DNA of 64,000 bases, taken from assembly GCA_050250895.1 (NCBI GenBank), contig JBFWNU010000001.1, positions 2,724,891 to 2,788,890 on the forward strand, in the 5' to 3' direction. The stretch comes from Vulcanimicrobiota bacterium. GTDB taxonomy: Bacteria; Vulcanimicrobiota; Xenobia; Xenobiales; JADMJV01. A program made the position numbers and the translations under genes. Positions 1-10,123 of this stretch are shown here, one piece after another. Below the pieces are notes generated by a model. That model worked only from the letters and a program-made list of their open reading frames with translations, had not been told where the DNA came from and did not search any database. Position 1 is the first letter of the stretch; every line of letters starts with the position of its first letter.

Positions 1-334
1 TCTGCTGGGGCCGGCCGCTGCGGCTCCAAACCACCGTCACGCGCACCCCCAGGGTCCGCTCGACGCTGGTGTTGGGCACGGCGAAGACTTCGCGGCTGAG
101 GGTAAAGTTGGGGTCCGGGCTGGGCGGGGTCGAAGTGCCCACCGCCAAGGCCGAAAAGGGAGCTGCTCGGGCTTCTTCGAGCACCGAGCGAGCCAGGTTC
201 TCGGCTTGCAACTGTTCTTCGCCGCGGCGCACGGCCAGCACCGAGCTGGGCACCAGATTGACCACCAGGATCAGGATAAAGCCTACCAGAGCGATGGCGA
301 AGACCGTTTCTAACAGCGAAAAAGCCCGCTTCAT
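1..334 (-). CDS. Prepilin-type (PilV-like) minor pilin, 3' end truncated by window edge
   Basis: Read by hand: ATG at 334 overlaps the upstream stop (ATGA) and gives MKRAFSLLETVFAIALVGFILILVVNL, a class III signal peptide with hydrophobic helix. Confidence 0.75.
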   Translation of the reverse strand, partial: MKRAFSLLETVFAIALVGFILILVVNLVPSSVLAVRRGEEQLQAENLARSVLEEARAAPFSALAVGTSTPPSPDPNFTLSREVFAVPNTSVERTLGVRVTVVWSRSGRPQQ

Positions 335-2046
335 CGGTGCCGCTCTCGGACCCAAACCACCCTGACCCTTTCAGAGAACTGAATGAACTGATTGGGGTCG
401 AGGGTGAACTTCCCCTTCTTGAGAGTGGGGTCTTTGGTCTTCTGGTAGAGGGCGTCCAGATCGGCCAGGTTGGCCCGAAACTGGTCGAGGAAGGTGTTCA
501 CGTAGGCTTGCAGTTGCTGGCGCACCACGTCGATTGACACCGACCCGGCGTTGGCGTTGCCCTCCCACCACCATTGAGCGGCCTGTTCGAAGTCGGTTGT
601 TTCGCGGTAGTTGGGCCCCCCGGGCAACATCGTCGAAGACCCGATGTGAAAGAGTATGGGCGCGGTCTCGGCCGTCACCAGGTCAGGATCAAAGGAGTCG
701 GTGGCCGGGTTATAGAGAGCGTCCAGGTTGACCTCACCGCCCACCTTGATGTAGGTGAAGCCGTTCATGGGAAGCCCCGGAGTGGGCATATCGACGTGCG
801 CCTCGAACGGAAACTCCCACTCGAAATCCACCGCCTCGGGGGCCCCGATGGCGTTGGTGCGGCTGATGCTAAAGGTCGAGCCGGCCGGGGCTTTGTTCAC
901 CAGGCTGCCGATGAGGGTGATGTCCGAGATCGAGACATCGCCGCGATTGTAGAGCACTCCCACGAAGTGCGAGCTGTCTTTGTCATACCCGTTGATGGTG
1001 ACATCGCCCTCGGCCACCAGCGCCTGCACGTTGTCGGTCGACAGGGCGCTGGCCCCACTGACGGTCACGTCGCCGCTGCAAAAGACCGCTCCCTGGCCGG
1101 TGATGCCGCCATTGACCACCAGGTCTCCGTCCACGTAGAGATAGGCTCCGTCGAGTTCGAGGCCGCCGTTGCTGATGGTCAGGTCGCCGGCCCGGCGCAC
1201 CGGCCCTTCCAGAGTGAGGGTGCTCGATGAGGTACCCGACGTCAGCTCGAACAGGCCCGTCCAGCCGGCCGGGTCGTAGTCGCCCACTTCCAGGTCGGGT
1301 AGAGGCGCCGGGTCCGAGTTCTCCACCACCGAGCCCTGAACGTTGGTCTGGGCTCCCAACAAGATGGTGCCCCCCGATTGGGCGTCTCCGGTGATGATGG
1401 ACGGCTGGGCGGGGCTCGAAGAGAGCACCAGGCTGGCGCCGTTGGCGGCCACGTTGCCGTCTTCGAGCTGTTCGGGAGGCACCGAGGCCAACCCGCCCGA
1501 CAGGTCGGCCAGGGCGTCTACGGCGGCCACATAGAGGCCCCCGTTGGAGGTCAGCTGGCCCGAGGTGGCGATGGCGAACTTGTAGTTGGGAATGCGCAGA
1601 ATCGTCTCGCGCGTGACCACCACCCCGTTGCTTTCGCCCACGGCCATGATCTGGGCCGTGAAGGGAGCCAGCGTCCGCCCGGTGCCCGAGCTGGCCGTGT
1701 CGTTTTCGACATTATTGACCGAAAGCGGGATGAGCCACGCGTTGGCCGTGTCGGTGTCGAAGGTCAGCCGGCCCTGGTCGCGGCCGCTAAAGCTGATCGA
1801 GAGACTGCGCTGGGCCGCGTCGGCACTCAGGCCAAAGGCGGGGTCGTCGGCCAGTTTGTCGATGGCCAGGACGGTCACCGATTCGGCCAGGTTGCGGGCC
1901 ACTTCGAGGTTGCTCTGGCGGGTGGCTACCTGCAGGTGGCTGGTGCCGGTGGTGGCCATGGTCAAGGCTACCAACAGTAGAATTGCGCTCACCATCAGCG
2001 TGGCGACCAGGGAGGCTCCTCTTTGGGACACGCCTGAGTATACCAC
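331..2046 (-). CDS. PilX-like large minor pilin with putative beta-helix/solenoid region (paralog 1)
   Basis: 571 aa; RG|ASLVATLMV N-terminal hydrophobic helix; repeated xxxGDVTI motifs; clear paralog of 2046-3743. Confidence 0.7.
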   Translation of the reverse strand: MVYSGVSQRGASLVATLMVSAILLLVALTMATTGTSHLQVATRQSNLEVARNLAESVTVLAIDKLADDPAFGLSADAAQRSLSISFSGRDQGRLTFDTDTANAWLIPLSVNNVENDTASSGTGRTLAPFTAQIMAVGESNGVVVTRETILRIPNYKFAIATSGQLTSNGGLYVAAVDALADLSGGLASVPPEQLEDGNVAANGASLVLSSSPAQPSIITGDAQSGGTILLGAQTNVQGSVVENSDPAPLPDLEVGDYDPAGWTGLFELTSGTSSSTLTLEGPVRRAGDLTISNGGLELDGAYLYVDGDLVVNGGITGQGAVFCSGDVTVSGASALSTDNVQALVAEGDVTINGYDKDSSHFVGVLYNRGDVSISDITLIGSLVNKAPAGSTFSISRTNAIGAPEAVDFEWEFPFEAHVDMPTPGLPMNGFTYIKVGGEVNLDALYNPATDSFDPDLVTAETAPILFHIGSSTMLPGGPNYRETTDFEQAAQWWWEGNANAGSVSIDVVRQQLQAYVNTFLDQFRANLADLDALYQKTKDPTLKKGKFTLDPNQFIQFSERVRVVWVRERHR

Positions 2047-3743
2047 TAGTGCACTACCCAGACCACTCTGGCCTTCTCGGAGAATTGCAGAAACTGGTTG
2101 GGGTCGAGGCTGAATTTGCCTTTCTGCAGATGCTGGTCTTTCGTCTTCTGGTAGAGGTCGTTGAGGTTGGCCAGGTTGTCGCGGAACTTCTGGCGGTAGG
2201 CCGGCAGAGCTACCTGGGTCAGATGGCCCATCAGCTCTTCCGAGCTGACCTCGCCAGGGATGGCCAGGTTGGCGTTGACCGCCTCGATGGCCTTGTCCAG
2301 GTCGGTCGTCTCGAAGTAGCCGCTGGGGTAAGCATCCAGGTAGATCGGTTTCACTTTGATGCGGAATATGACGGGGATGTTGTCGTCGCTGGCCAGTTCG
2401 GGGTCGATGACATCCGCCTCAGAGTCGTAGAACAGGCTAAGGTCGACATCGGTGGGAGTAAAAATGCCAAAGGCGTCGGCCGGCGCCCCGGGAAAGATGG
2501 GCTGGGCGGTGGCGAAAGGGAAGTCCCACTCCAGGCTCAGCACCTCGGGCACTTCCACCACGTTGGTGTCCGAGATCGAGGTGGTGGTCGGGGTGGCGGC
2601 GTTGTTGACCAGGCTGCCCACCAGCGTGATGTCGCTGATAGCGATGTTGCCCCCGCCATAGACCACACCGTTGAAATGCGAGCTTTGCTGATCGTCGCCG
2701 CTGATGGTCACGTTGCCGGCCGCCACCAGCGCCTGGACGTTGTCGGTGGACAGGGCTGATCCGCCGTTGAGCGTGACGTCTCCAGTGCAAAAGATGGCCC
2801 CCTTGCCGCTGACTCCCCCGTTGACCACCAGATTCCCGTCCACGTAGAGATACGCACCATCGAGTTCCAGCCCGCCGTTGCTGATGGTCAGATCGCCGCT
2901 GCGGCGGACCGGTCCCTCCAGAGTGAGAGGGCTCGAACTGACCGAGGTCGTGAGTTCGTACAGACCGGTCCAACCAGCCGGGTCGTAGTCGGCGACATCG
3001 AGTTCGGGTAGGTTCTCGGGGTCGGCATTCTCCAGCACCGCTCCTCCCACCGACGTCTGGGCGCCCAGGCTGATGCTACCTCCCGACTGGGCGTCGCCGG
3101 TGATGTTGGTGGGAGACAGCGGTGACGAAGCCAGCCACAGAGGGCCTACCGCGTTGGCTACCAGGTGGCCGGGTAGCAACTGGTCGGGTGGCACCGCCGC
3201 CAGTCCCCCGGCCAGAGTTTGCAGGTCGGGCACCGAGGCCACGAAAAGCCCTCCGCTGGACGTCAGGGTGCCGGAGGTGGCGATAGCGTATCTGTAGTGA
3301 GGGATGCGCAGGATGGTTTCTAGCGCATAGGTCACTCCGTTCGACTCACCCACCGCCTTGAGCTGGGCCGAGAAGGGGGCCAGCGAGCGCCCGCTGGCCG
3401 GGGCCGCCGTGTCTTGCTCGAGGTTGTTGTGCGACACCTCCACCCCCCACAGATCGGCCCGATCGGGTTCGAAGGTGAGGCGACCGGTGGTGTTGGCGAC
3501 GACGACTTCGAGAGAGCGCTGGTCGGCATCGCCAGCCAGGCCGAAGTGCTGGTCGTGACTGAGCCGGTCGATGGCCAGAGCGGTCACCGACTCGGCCGCG
3601 TTGCGGGCCTGTTCGAGGTTGGCCTGGCGGGTGGCCAGGCGCAGGTGAAAGCTGCCCACTCCGGCCATGGTCAGCGCTACGACCAGCAGCACCGCCCCCA
3701 CCAGGACGGTGGTGGCCAGGGCTGCCCCCCTGGGCCCGGTCAC
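2046..3743 (-). CDS. PilX-like large minor pilin (paralog 2)
   Basis: 565 aa; RG|AALATTVLV N-terminus; shares long blocks with paralog 1 (e.g. DYDPAGWTGL, LTISNGGLELDGAYLYVDG). Confidence 0.7.
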   Translation of the reverse strand: MTGPRGAALATTVLVGAVLLVVALTMAGVGSFHLRLATRQANLEQARNAAESVTALAIDRLSHDQHFGLAGDADQRSLEVVVANTTGRLTFEPDRADLWGVEVSHNNLEQDTAAPASGRSLAPFSAQLKAVGESNGVTYALETILRIPHYRYAIATSGTLTSSGGLFVASVPDLQTLAGGLAAVPPDQLLPGHLVANAVGPLWLASSPLSPTNITGDAQSGGSISLGAQTSVGGAVLENADPENLPELDVADYDPAGWTGLYELTTSVSSSPLTLEGPVRRSGDLTISNGGLELDGAYLYVDGNLVVNGGVSGKGAIFCTGDVTLNGGSALSTDNVQALVAAGNVTISGDDQQSSHFNGVVYGGGNIAISDITLVGSLVNNAATPTTTSISDTNVVEVPEVLSLEWDFPFATAQPIFPGAPADAFGIFTPTDVDLSLFYDSEADVIDPELASDDNIPVIFRIKVKPIYLDAYPSGYFETTDLDKAIEAVNANLAIPGEVSSEELMGHLTQVALPAYRQKFRDNLANLNDLYQKTKDQHLQKGKFSLDPNQFLQFSEKARVVWVVH

Positions 3744-4999
3744 AGGCTCTCCAATACCTGGTAGATGGGGGCGAAGGTGGCCAGGATGATCACCCCCACG
3801 GCCACGCCCAGGACCATCATCAGAACCGGTTCTACCAATGCCGTCAGGGCCACCAGAAAGTGTTCGACCTCCATCTCGGAATACTCTGCCACGGTGGCCA
3901 GCAGGGTCGACAGGCGGCCGCTCTCTTCACCCGCGGCGGTGAGGTGAACCACCTCGGGCGAGAAGAAGCCGGTGCGGGCCAGCGCCTCCGACAGGGAGGC
4001 TCCATCGCGCAAGGCTTCGCGGCTGGCCAGCAGCGCTTGCCGGGCCAACGGACTCGGGGTCGATACCGACACCAGTTGCATGACCCGGTCGATGGTGAGC
4101 CCCGAGGCGACCAGCAGGCCCAGCATGCGGCAGCATCGGGCCGCCTCGAGGCGACGCAGCAAGTCGCCCAGTTTGGGCACATGCAACAACCGACCCTCGA
4201 TCCACTCGCGGCCGTCGGGATGGCGCCAGGCCCGGGTGGCACAAAACAAGACCAGCCCCGGGACCAAGACCAGCCCGACCATGGTCAGGCGATTGGTCAT
4301 CACGCCGGTGATCAGGCCCAGCAGTCCGGTGCTGCTCTCGGCCACCGTCGGCAGCGAGGCCAGCACCCGGCCCATGATGTTGCCCAGGATTCCCAGGGCG
4401 GCCAACATGCACAGCAGCACCACGGCCGGATAGGTCAACTGGCTCACCAGTTTGCGATAGAGGGCCACTTCCTTTTCTTCTAAATCCGCCAGGTCGTTGA
4501 GCAACCGCCCGAGCTTGCCACTCTCTTCGCCCACCGCCACCGTCCCCACCTGAACCGGCGTAAACAGTCCCGTGCCGCGCATGGCCGTGCTCAGCCGGGT
4601 GCCCTGGCCCAGAGCCGTGACGGCTTTCTCGAGTCGGCGGGCCGCCACCGGACGATAAACCTGGTCGCACAGGGTCTCGAGGCAACGATGCAGATGGATG
4701 CCGGCCTCGAACATCGAGGCCAGTTGGCGCAGGAAGACGGCTCGCTCGGTCAGGCTCCAGCCCGGCCTGGTCAGGGGCTCTTGAGGCTCGGGGGGCTTGG
4801 CCTCGGACACCGGCGGGGGGGGCGGCGGCTTGACCCTGGGCTTGGGAGGCGCCACTTTGGCCACCTCTTGCTTGAGTTCCATCAGCATCAGACCCTGGGC
4901 TTGAATGGCTTTGACCGCTTCGGCCTTGGAGGGAGCCTGCAGGCTGCCCTTGCGGATCCCGCCCCCCTTCTCGGCCGCGACATAGCTGAAGGTCGGCAT
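3740..4999 (-). CDS. pilC: Type II secretion/type IV pilus platform protein (GspF/PilC family)
   Basis: MPTFSYVA..G start, FLRQLASMFEAG, two GEESG.L motifs, LTYP and EP motifs before TM helices. Confidence 0.9.
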   Translation of the reverse strand: MPTFSYVAAEKGGGIRKGSLQAPSKAEAVKAIQAQGLMLMELKQEVAKVAPPKPRVKPPPPPPVSEAKPPEPQEPLTRPGWSLTERAVFLRQLASMFEAGIHLHRCLETLCDQVYRPVAARRLEKAVTALGQGTRLSTAMRGTGLFTPVQVGTVAVGEESGKLGRLLNDLADLEEKEVALYRKLVSQLTYPAVVLLCMLAALGILGNIMGRVLASLPTVAESSTGLLGLITGVMTNRLTMVGLVLVPGLVLFCATRAWRHPDGREWIEGRLLHVPKLGDLLRRLEAARCCRMLGLLVASGLTIDRVMQLVSVSTPSPLARQALLASREALRDGASLSEALARTGFFSPEVVHLTAAGEESGRLSTLLATVAEYSEMEVEHFLVALTALVEPVLMMVLGVAVGVIILATFAPIYQVLESL

Positions 5000-6294
5000 C
5001 AGGGCACCTCGGCCAGGGCGGCCTCGGCGCTGGCCGGGCGCAGGTCGGGCTGCACGTTGAGTAGCTTGAGGATGAGCTGGTCATAGCCGGCCGGCAGGTC
5101 GGGCTGGTGATGAGAAGGCGGGTCGGGCAGACCTCGGGCCTTCTTCAAGAGCAGGGCCACCGGGTCAGCTGCTTGCCAGGGTAGCACTCCGGTCACCATC
5201 TCGTAGAACATTACCCCGGCCGCGTAGAGATCGCAGCGATGGTCAACCGCCTTGGATTCAATTTGCTCGGGAGCCGCATAGGCGGGCGTGCCCAGCAACT
5301 CGCCGGTGGCGGTCAGCTTGGTGAGCTGGTCGGCCTTGGCGATGCCGAAGTCCACCAGTTTCAGGCGGTCTTTGGCTAGAAAGACGTTACCGGGCTTGAG
5401 GTCGCGATGGATCACGCCCTGGCCGTGGGCGTAGACCAGGGCCTCGAACAGCTGGCGCATCAAGCGGCTGGCCTCGCGCGGAGCCAATTTGCCTTCGCGC
5501 TGCAAACGGTCCTCCAGACTCTCGCCCTGCAATAGCTCCATCACCAGATAGGACGGGAGCTCCGGGTCCTCGGACTCATAGAAATCGTGGAGCCGCACGA
5601 TGCCCGGGTGGGTGCAGGCATAAAGCAACCTCCACTCACGCCGCGAGCGCTCGCTTTGATCCTGAGGAACCTTGAGCGCGTAGACATCGCCGTGGCGGTC
5701 TTGCACCTCATAGACGATGGCCATGCCGCCCTGACCGATCTTCTTGATGACCTTGTAGGGCCCGATCTTGACGGGAATCCCGGTGCGCGCCTCGGCCACC
5801 AAGGCTCGCTTTTCGGCCGCTTGAAAGTCCTGCCGTAACCGCCGCCGGCCGGCCATGAGCAAGAGGGTGACCACGCTCGCCGGGATGAGCACGGCCCACA
5901 CCAGACGGGCCCAGTCGGTCTCGGGATAAAGATGGACCGTCACCGAGGCCGGTCCGTTGCGGTTCTGTTGAGACCCTCGCAAGAGGGTGAAAGGCCCCTG
6001 CCGTCCCCGCACCTCGATATCGATGTACTGACCGGGTTCGGCCTGAAAAATGTAGGGAGTGTTGTCGCTAACCTGGTGGAAAGGCTGGTCGGTGTTGGTG
6101 CGCCGCACCCACACCGCCCCGGGGGCGTCGGACTGGATGGTGATGGGATATTCGCGCGCTGCCACCGGGCTGGTCAGCAGCAGCAGCGTTAGACACTCCA
6201 GAGCGAGACGGGCAGGTTTTTGCCGGCCAGATTCACCTGGCCGTGGTGTTGACCGCCATGAAGTTGGCTGCAGCGGTAGGTCTCGTCGTCGCAC
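4999..6294 (-). CDS. Membrane-anchored Hanks-type Ser/Thr protein kinase (start uncertain, probably nearer 6200)
   Basis: IGQGGMAIVY, ALK, HRDLKPGN, DFGIAK, GTPAYAAPE, DLYAAG; signal-like segment and TM helix precede the kinase domain. Confidence 0.9.
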   Translation of the reverse strand: MRRRDLPLQPTSWRSTPRPGESGRQKPARLALECLTLLLLTSPVAAREYPITIQSDAPGAVWVRRTNTDQPFHQVSDNTPYIFQAEPGQYIDIEVRGRQGPFTLLRGSQQNRNGPASVTVHLYPETDWARLVWAVLIPASVVTLLLMAGRRRLRQDFQAAEKRALVAEARTGIPVKIGPYKVIKKIGQGGMAIVYEVQDRHGDVYALKVPQDQSERSRREWRLLYACTHPGIVRLHDFYESEDPELPSYLVMELLQGESLEDRLQREGKLAPREASRLMRQLFEALVYAHGQGVIHRDLKPGNVFLAKDRLKLVDFGIAKADQLTKLTATGELLGTPAYAAPEQIESKAVDHRCDLYAAGVMFYEMVTGVLPWQAADPVALLLKKARGLPDPPSHHQPDLPAGYDQLILKLLNVQPDLRPASAEAALAEVP

Positions 6295-7325
6295 AATACC
6301 GGACAGCCTTTCTCCTTGGTGAGCTTCTCGAGGCGAGCGGCCGTGTTGACGACATCGCCAATCACCGTGTATTCGCGCCGGCGGGTACTACCGAGGTCAC
6401 CTACCACGGCTTCCCCCGTGGCCAGGCCCACCCCAATTCTAGCCTCCCTCTCGGCAGCTACCTCCACCATTTGACGAGCGCAGCCAATAGCCCTCGCTTC
6501 CTGGTCCTCGAGATCGAGAGGGGCTCCGAAAACGGCCAGCAGACCATCGCCCAAATACGACATTACCGTGCCCTGGTGGGCCAGGATGACCTCGGTCATG
6601 CTCTCGAAGTGGGCGTTGAGAAAGGTGAGCAACTCGTCGGGTTCGACCGTCTCGGACAGACTCGAGAAGCCGCGCAGATCGCAAAACATCACCGTCACCC
6701 GCCGGCGGTCGGCGGCCAGTGCCTGGCTGGGTCTGGCCAGAATGGCATCCACCACTTCGGCGCTCACATAGCGAGAGAAGAGGTCCCGGATACGGTTCTT
6801 CTCTTCATCGAGCTGGGCCCGCTCCAGCACCGAGGCGGTCTGGGCGGCGAAGGTCTCGAGAAAGTTCAGGTCCTCGTCCTCGAAGGCGCCCAGCCGCAGG
6901 CGATTGTCGACATAGAGGACTCCCAGGTTGCCGTTGTTGCCCACCACGGGCGCGCACATCACCGCCCGCAGGCCATATTCCTGGATGCTGACGGCGTTGG
7001 CGAAGCGGGCATCGCTCTGGGCGTTGGAGGTGAGCAGCGCTTGGCCGGACCCGAAAACCTCGTAGACGATGCTGCGAGAGACCTGGAAGTCGTCGTCGAA
7101 GAGATTCTCCTTGCTGAAATTGCGGGCGCTCTTGAACTCGAGGGTGCCCATCTCGGGGTCCACCAGCATGATGAAGCCCCGCTCGGCCCCCAGCAACTCC
7201 AGCAGGTGATCCATCAGGACCTCCAGCACGGTGGAGAGGTCGGGAATCGAGCGGGTCACCTGGATCATCCGCGTGAGCGTGGCCAGACGATCCGCGGGAT
7301 GCGGAACCCGTTCAGGAATCAGCAT
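6189..7325 (-). CDS. GAF domain + class III adenylate/guanylate cyclase
   Basis: GAF (AERGFIML, NAQSDARF, GVLYVDNR); cyclase motifs VMFCDLRGFS, LGDGLLAVFG, YTVIGDVVNTAARLE. Confidence 0.9.
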   Translation of the reverse strand: MLIPERVPHPADRLATLTRMIQVTRSIPDLSTVLEVLMDHLLELLGAERGFIMLVDPEMGTLEFKSARNFSKENLFDDDFQVSRSIVYEVFGSGQALLTSNAQSDARFANAVSIQEYGLRAVMCAPVVGNNGNLGVLYVDNRLRLGAFEDEDLNFLETFAAQTASVLERAQLDEEKNRIRDLFSRYVSAEVVDAILARPSQALAADRRRVTVMFCDLRGFSSLSETVEPDELLTFLNAHFESMTEVILAHQGTVMSYLGDGLLAVFGAPLDLEDQEARAIGCARQMVEVAAEREARIGVGLATGEAVVGDLGSTRRREYTVIGDVVNTAARLEKLTKEKGCPVLCDDETYRCSQLHGGQHHGQVNLAGKNLPVSLWSV

Positions 7326-8473
7326 CAGGACTTCTTGCTACGAGATCCGCGGCGGCGCTTGCGTTTGCCCTTTCCGGCCCCGGCCCCGACGGCTTCGAGT
7401 TCGTCCGCTTCCTCGTCTTCGTCTTCGCTATCGTCGTCAGCCGCCACGGCCGGACCGGCGCTGGCAGGCTCGGTGCTGGCCTTGACCCGCTTGTCGATCT
7501 CGACGAGCACCGGCGACGCGACGCAGATACTGGAGTAGGCTCCCGAACCGATGCCGACCAGCAGGGCGAAGGCGAAGTCTCTGAGGGTCGAGCCGCCGAA
7601 GTAGTAAATGCCGATCAGCGTCACCAGCGTGGTCAGGGTGGTATTGATGGAGCGGGTCATGGTCTGGTTGACCGATTCGTTGACCAGCTTGTCGAACGGA
7701 ACGTGGCGACGCAGCTGAACGTTCTCACGGATACGGTCGAAGATGACCACCGAGTCCATCACCGAGTAGCCGACGACCGTCAGCAGGGCAGCTACGAAGG
7801 GCGAATCGACCTCGCGGCCGGCCAGGCTGTAGATGCCCACCATGATGATGACGTCGTGGACCAGGGCTACGTCGGCAGCCACCCCGTAACGCATCTGGCT
7901 GCCGAAGCGAATGAAGATGTAGACCAGTTGTAGGACCAGGGCCAGCACCACGGCGAGCACGGCGTTGCGGGCCAACTCGCCCGAGATGGTGGGGCCGATA
8001 CTGGCGATGCGCAGCTCTTTGAGCGTGCCCAGTTGCTGGCTCAGGTGGTCGAACAGCGCTTTGGCTTCCTCGGTGGCCAGCGGCTGGCCGCCTTCTTTGC
8101 TGACCCGAACCAGAACCTTTTGATACTGGGTCGGCTCGCCCTCGGCGGCGGCCTGGTCCTCGACCATTCCCGCTCCGACCTGCACGGTGGTGCCACCGAT
8201 GCCTTCAAAGCCTTTGAGGGCCTGGCGCACTTCGTCGGGAGTGACCTGCTTGTAAGAACCGGCTTCGATGATGGTGCCGCCGGTAAAATCGAGGCCCCAG
8301 TTGAGACCGCGGGTCGCCAGCGAGCCGAGCGCGACCAGCAAAATCACGGCGCTGATGCCGAAGAAGATATGGCGGGAGCCCACCAGGTCGTACTGACGGG
8401 TCTTGAAGGTCTGGCCCCAGGCCACCAGGCCAATGAGGGCTACGATCCAGAAGATAAGGCTGATGTATTCCAT
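7325..8473 (-). CDS. secF: Protein translocase subunit SecF
   Basis: GLDFTGG, IGPTIS, GYSVMDSVVIFDRIRE, QTMTRSINT, GAYSS. Confidence 0.95.
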   Translation of the reverse strand: MEYISLIFWIVALIGLVAWGQTFKTRQYDLVGSRHIFFGISAVILLVALGSLATRGLNWGLDFTGGTIIEAGSYKQVTPDEVRQALKGFEGIGGTTVQVGAGMVEDQAAAEGEPTQYQKVLVRVSKEGGQPLATEEAKALFDHLSQQLGTLKELRIASIGPTISGELARNAVLAVVLALVLQLVYIFIRFGSQMRYGVAADVALVHDVIIMVGIYSLAGREVDSPFVAALLTVVGYSVMDSVVIFDRIRENVQLRRHVPFDKLVNESVNQTMTRSINTTLTTLVTLIGIYYFGGSTLRDFAFALLVGIGSGAYSSICVASPVLVEIDKRVKASTEPASAGPAVAADDDSEDEDEEADELEAVGAGAGKGKRKRRRGSRSKKS

Positions 8474-8482
8474 GGCGATTCC

Positions 8483-9751
8483 CTAACCCCCGTAGAGGCC
8501 TTTGCCCTGGATGCCGAGGGTCGACATGCAGAACATCAAGAAGTGTTTGGTCACGAAGATGGCCGTGATCATGCTCCAGGCCGTTCCCAGCATCAGCGTC
8601 AGGCCGAAACCCTTGATGCTGGCCGAACCCAGCCAGAACAGAATGGCCGCACCCATGAAGGTGGTCACGTGGCCGTCGAGGATGGAGGAGAAGGCCTTTT
8701 CGAAGCCCAGGTCCACCGCCAGCGACAGCGATTTCCCTTTGTGCATCTCTTCTCGGATGCGCTCGAAGATGAGCACGTTGGCGTCGACCGCCATACCGAT
8801 GGAGAGAATAAAGCCGGCGATCCCGGGCAGCGTGAGCACGAACTTCAGACCGGGGATGTTCATGCTGGCCAGCACGATCAGGGCGTAGACGATCAGGGCG
8901 GCCCCGGCCACCACGCCCAGCATGCGATAGTAGAACAGCATGTAGATCAACACCAGCAGCAGGCCGCAGGCGCCGGCCCTCAGGCTGCTACGCAGTGACT
9001 CGGCTCCGAGCGTGGGGCTGACCGTGTAGCTCTCGAGGATGGTCACGTCAACCGGCAGAGCGCCGGCGTTAAGATAGTTGGCCAGTTCCAGCGCCGACTC
9101 TTTGGTGAACGAACCGTGAATATAACCCGAACCCCCGGTGATGGGTTCGTTGACGTTGGGAGCGCTGATTTCCTCGCCGTCGAAGAAGATGCCCAGCGGC
9201 TTGCCGGTCAGTTCCTTGGTCAGGTCGGCGAACTTGCGCGTGCCTTCACTGGTCATCTCGAAGTCGATCCGCCAGCTCTGGCTGCCACCCATCGAATCCA
9301 GCGACGCCCAGGCCCGCTTGACGGCGCTGCCGTCGAGGCGAGTCGTCCATTTGGCCTCACCGGTCGAGGGGTCGTATTCTTGCTCTTTGAACTCGAGCCG
9401 GCCGGCCTTTTTGACCATCTTCTCGGCTTCAGCCAGGTCGGTAACCTCGGGGATCTCGATGATGAGGCGGTTGAGCCCCTCGGGCGTAATCACCACTTCT
9501 CGGTTGCCATCGGGGTCAAGGCGTTTGCGAAAAACCTGCATCGAGCGCTCTTGAACATCTTGAGTGATCTTGATGACGTTACCGTCGGGATCGGTGATCT
9601 CGTGGAGTTCGACTGCGATGTGCGAACCCGACCGCAGGTCGAGACCGAGTTGAATCAGAAATTTATTGGTGTTGAAATCGTATATCAGATAGATGCACAG
9701 GGCGCAAACCGCCAGGATGCCGACTATCGTTGCGTGATTTTGCCACTTCAT
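8483..9751 (-). CDS. secD: Protein translocase subunit SecD
   Basis: LGLDLRSG, AGALP, VSPTLG, TLPGIAGFILSIGMAVDANVLIFERIREE. Confidence 0.95.
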   Translation of the reverse strand: MKWQNHATIVGILAVCALCIYLIYDFNTNKFLIQLGLDLRSGSHIAVELHEITDPDGNVIKITQDVQERSMQVFRKRLDPDGNREVVITPEGLNRLIIEIPEVTDLAEAEKMVKKAGRLEFKEQEYDPSTGEAKWTTRLDGSAVKRAWASLDSMGGSQSWRIDFEMTSEGTRKFADLTKELTGKPLGIFFDGEEISAPNVNEPITGGSGYIHGSFTKESALELANYLNAGALPVDVTILESYTVSPTLGAESLRSSLRAGACGLLLVLIYMLFYYRMLGVVAGAALIVYALIVLASMNIPGLKFVLTLPGIAGFILSIGMAVDANVLIFERIREEMHKGKSLSLAVDLGFEKAFSSILDGHVTTFMGAAILFWLGSASIKGFGLTLMLGTAWSMITAIFVTKHFLMFCMSTLGIQGKGLYGG

Positions 9752-10079
9752 GGGGCTACTACCTTTCCCCGCTCACCGGGTCAGTGGGCCTTTTTTACCC
9801 CGCAAAGCCGCGTGGGTAAACCGGCCGTGGAGCGGCAGTGCCTTCTAAGTTGAATTTGGCTCTCCTTCCGAGCAAGCGTTCTTTTTGGAGGAGGGGTAGC
9901 TGGCTGAGCGAATCGCCAGGGTTATGAAAAGCATCCTGCGATGTTGGCTCAGCCTTTCGCTCTTTCTGCCGGCCGCCGCCGAGTTGCCCAAGAATCTTGA
10001 CGACCTGAAGACTCTGCACGCCGAGCGGGGGACCTTCAAGTAGCCGGTTTGGGCGAAGCTGCCCACCCTGTCCGAAAGG

Positions 10080-10088
10080 TGGTATAAT
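10080..10088 (+). promoter_or_regulatory. Extended -10 promoter element (TGnTATAAT)
   Basis: TGGTATAAT about 35 bp upstream of the 10124 start. Confidence 0.5.
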
Positions 10089-10123
10089 GTTAGGTGCCAT
10101 GACATGCACCCCCGAGGCCCTCG

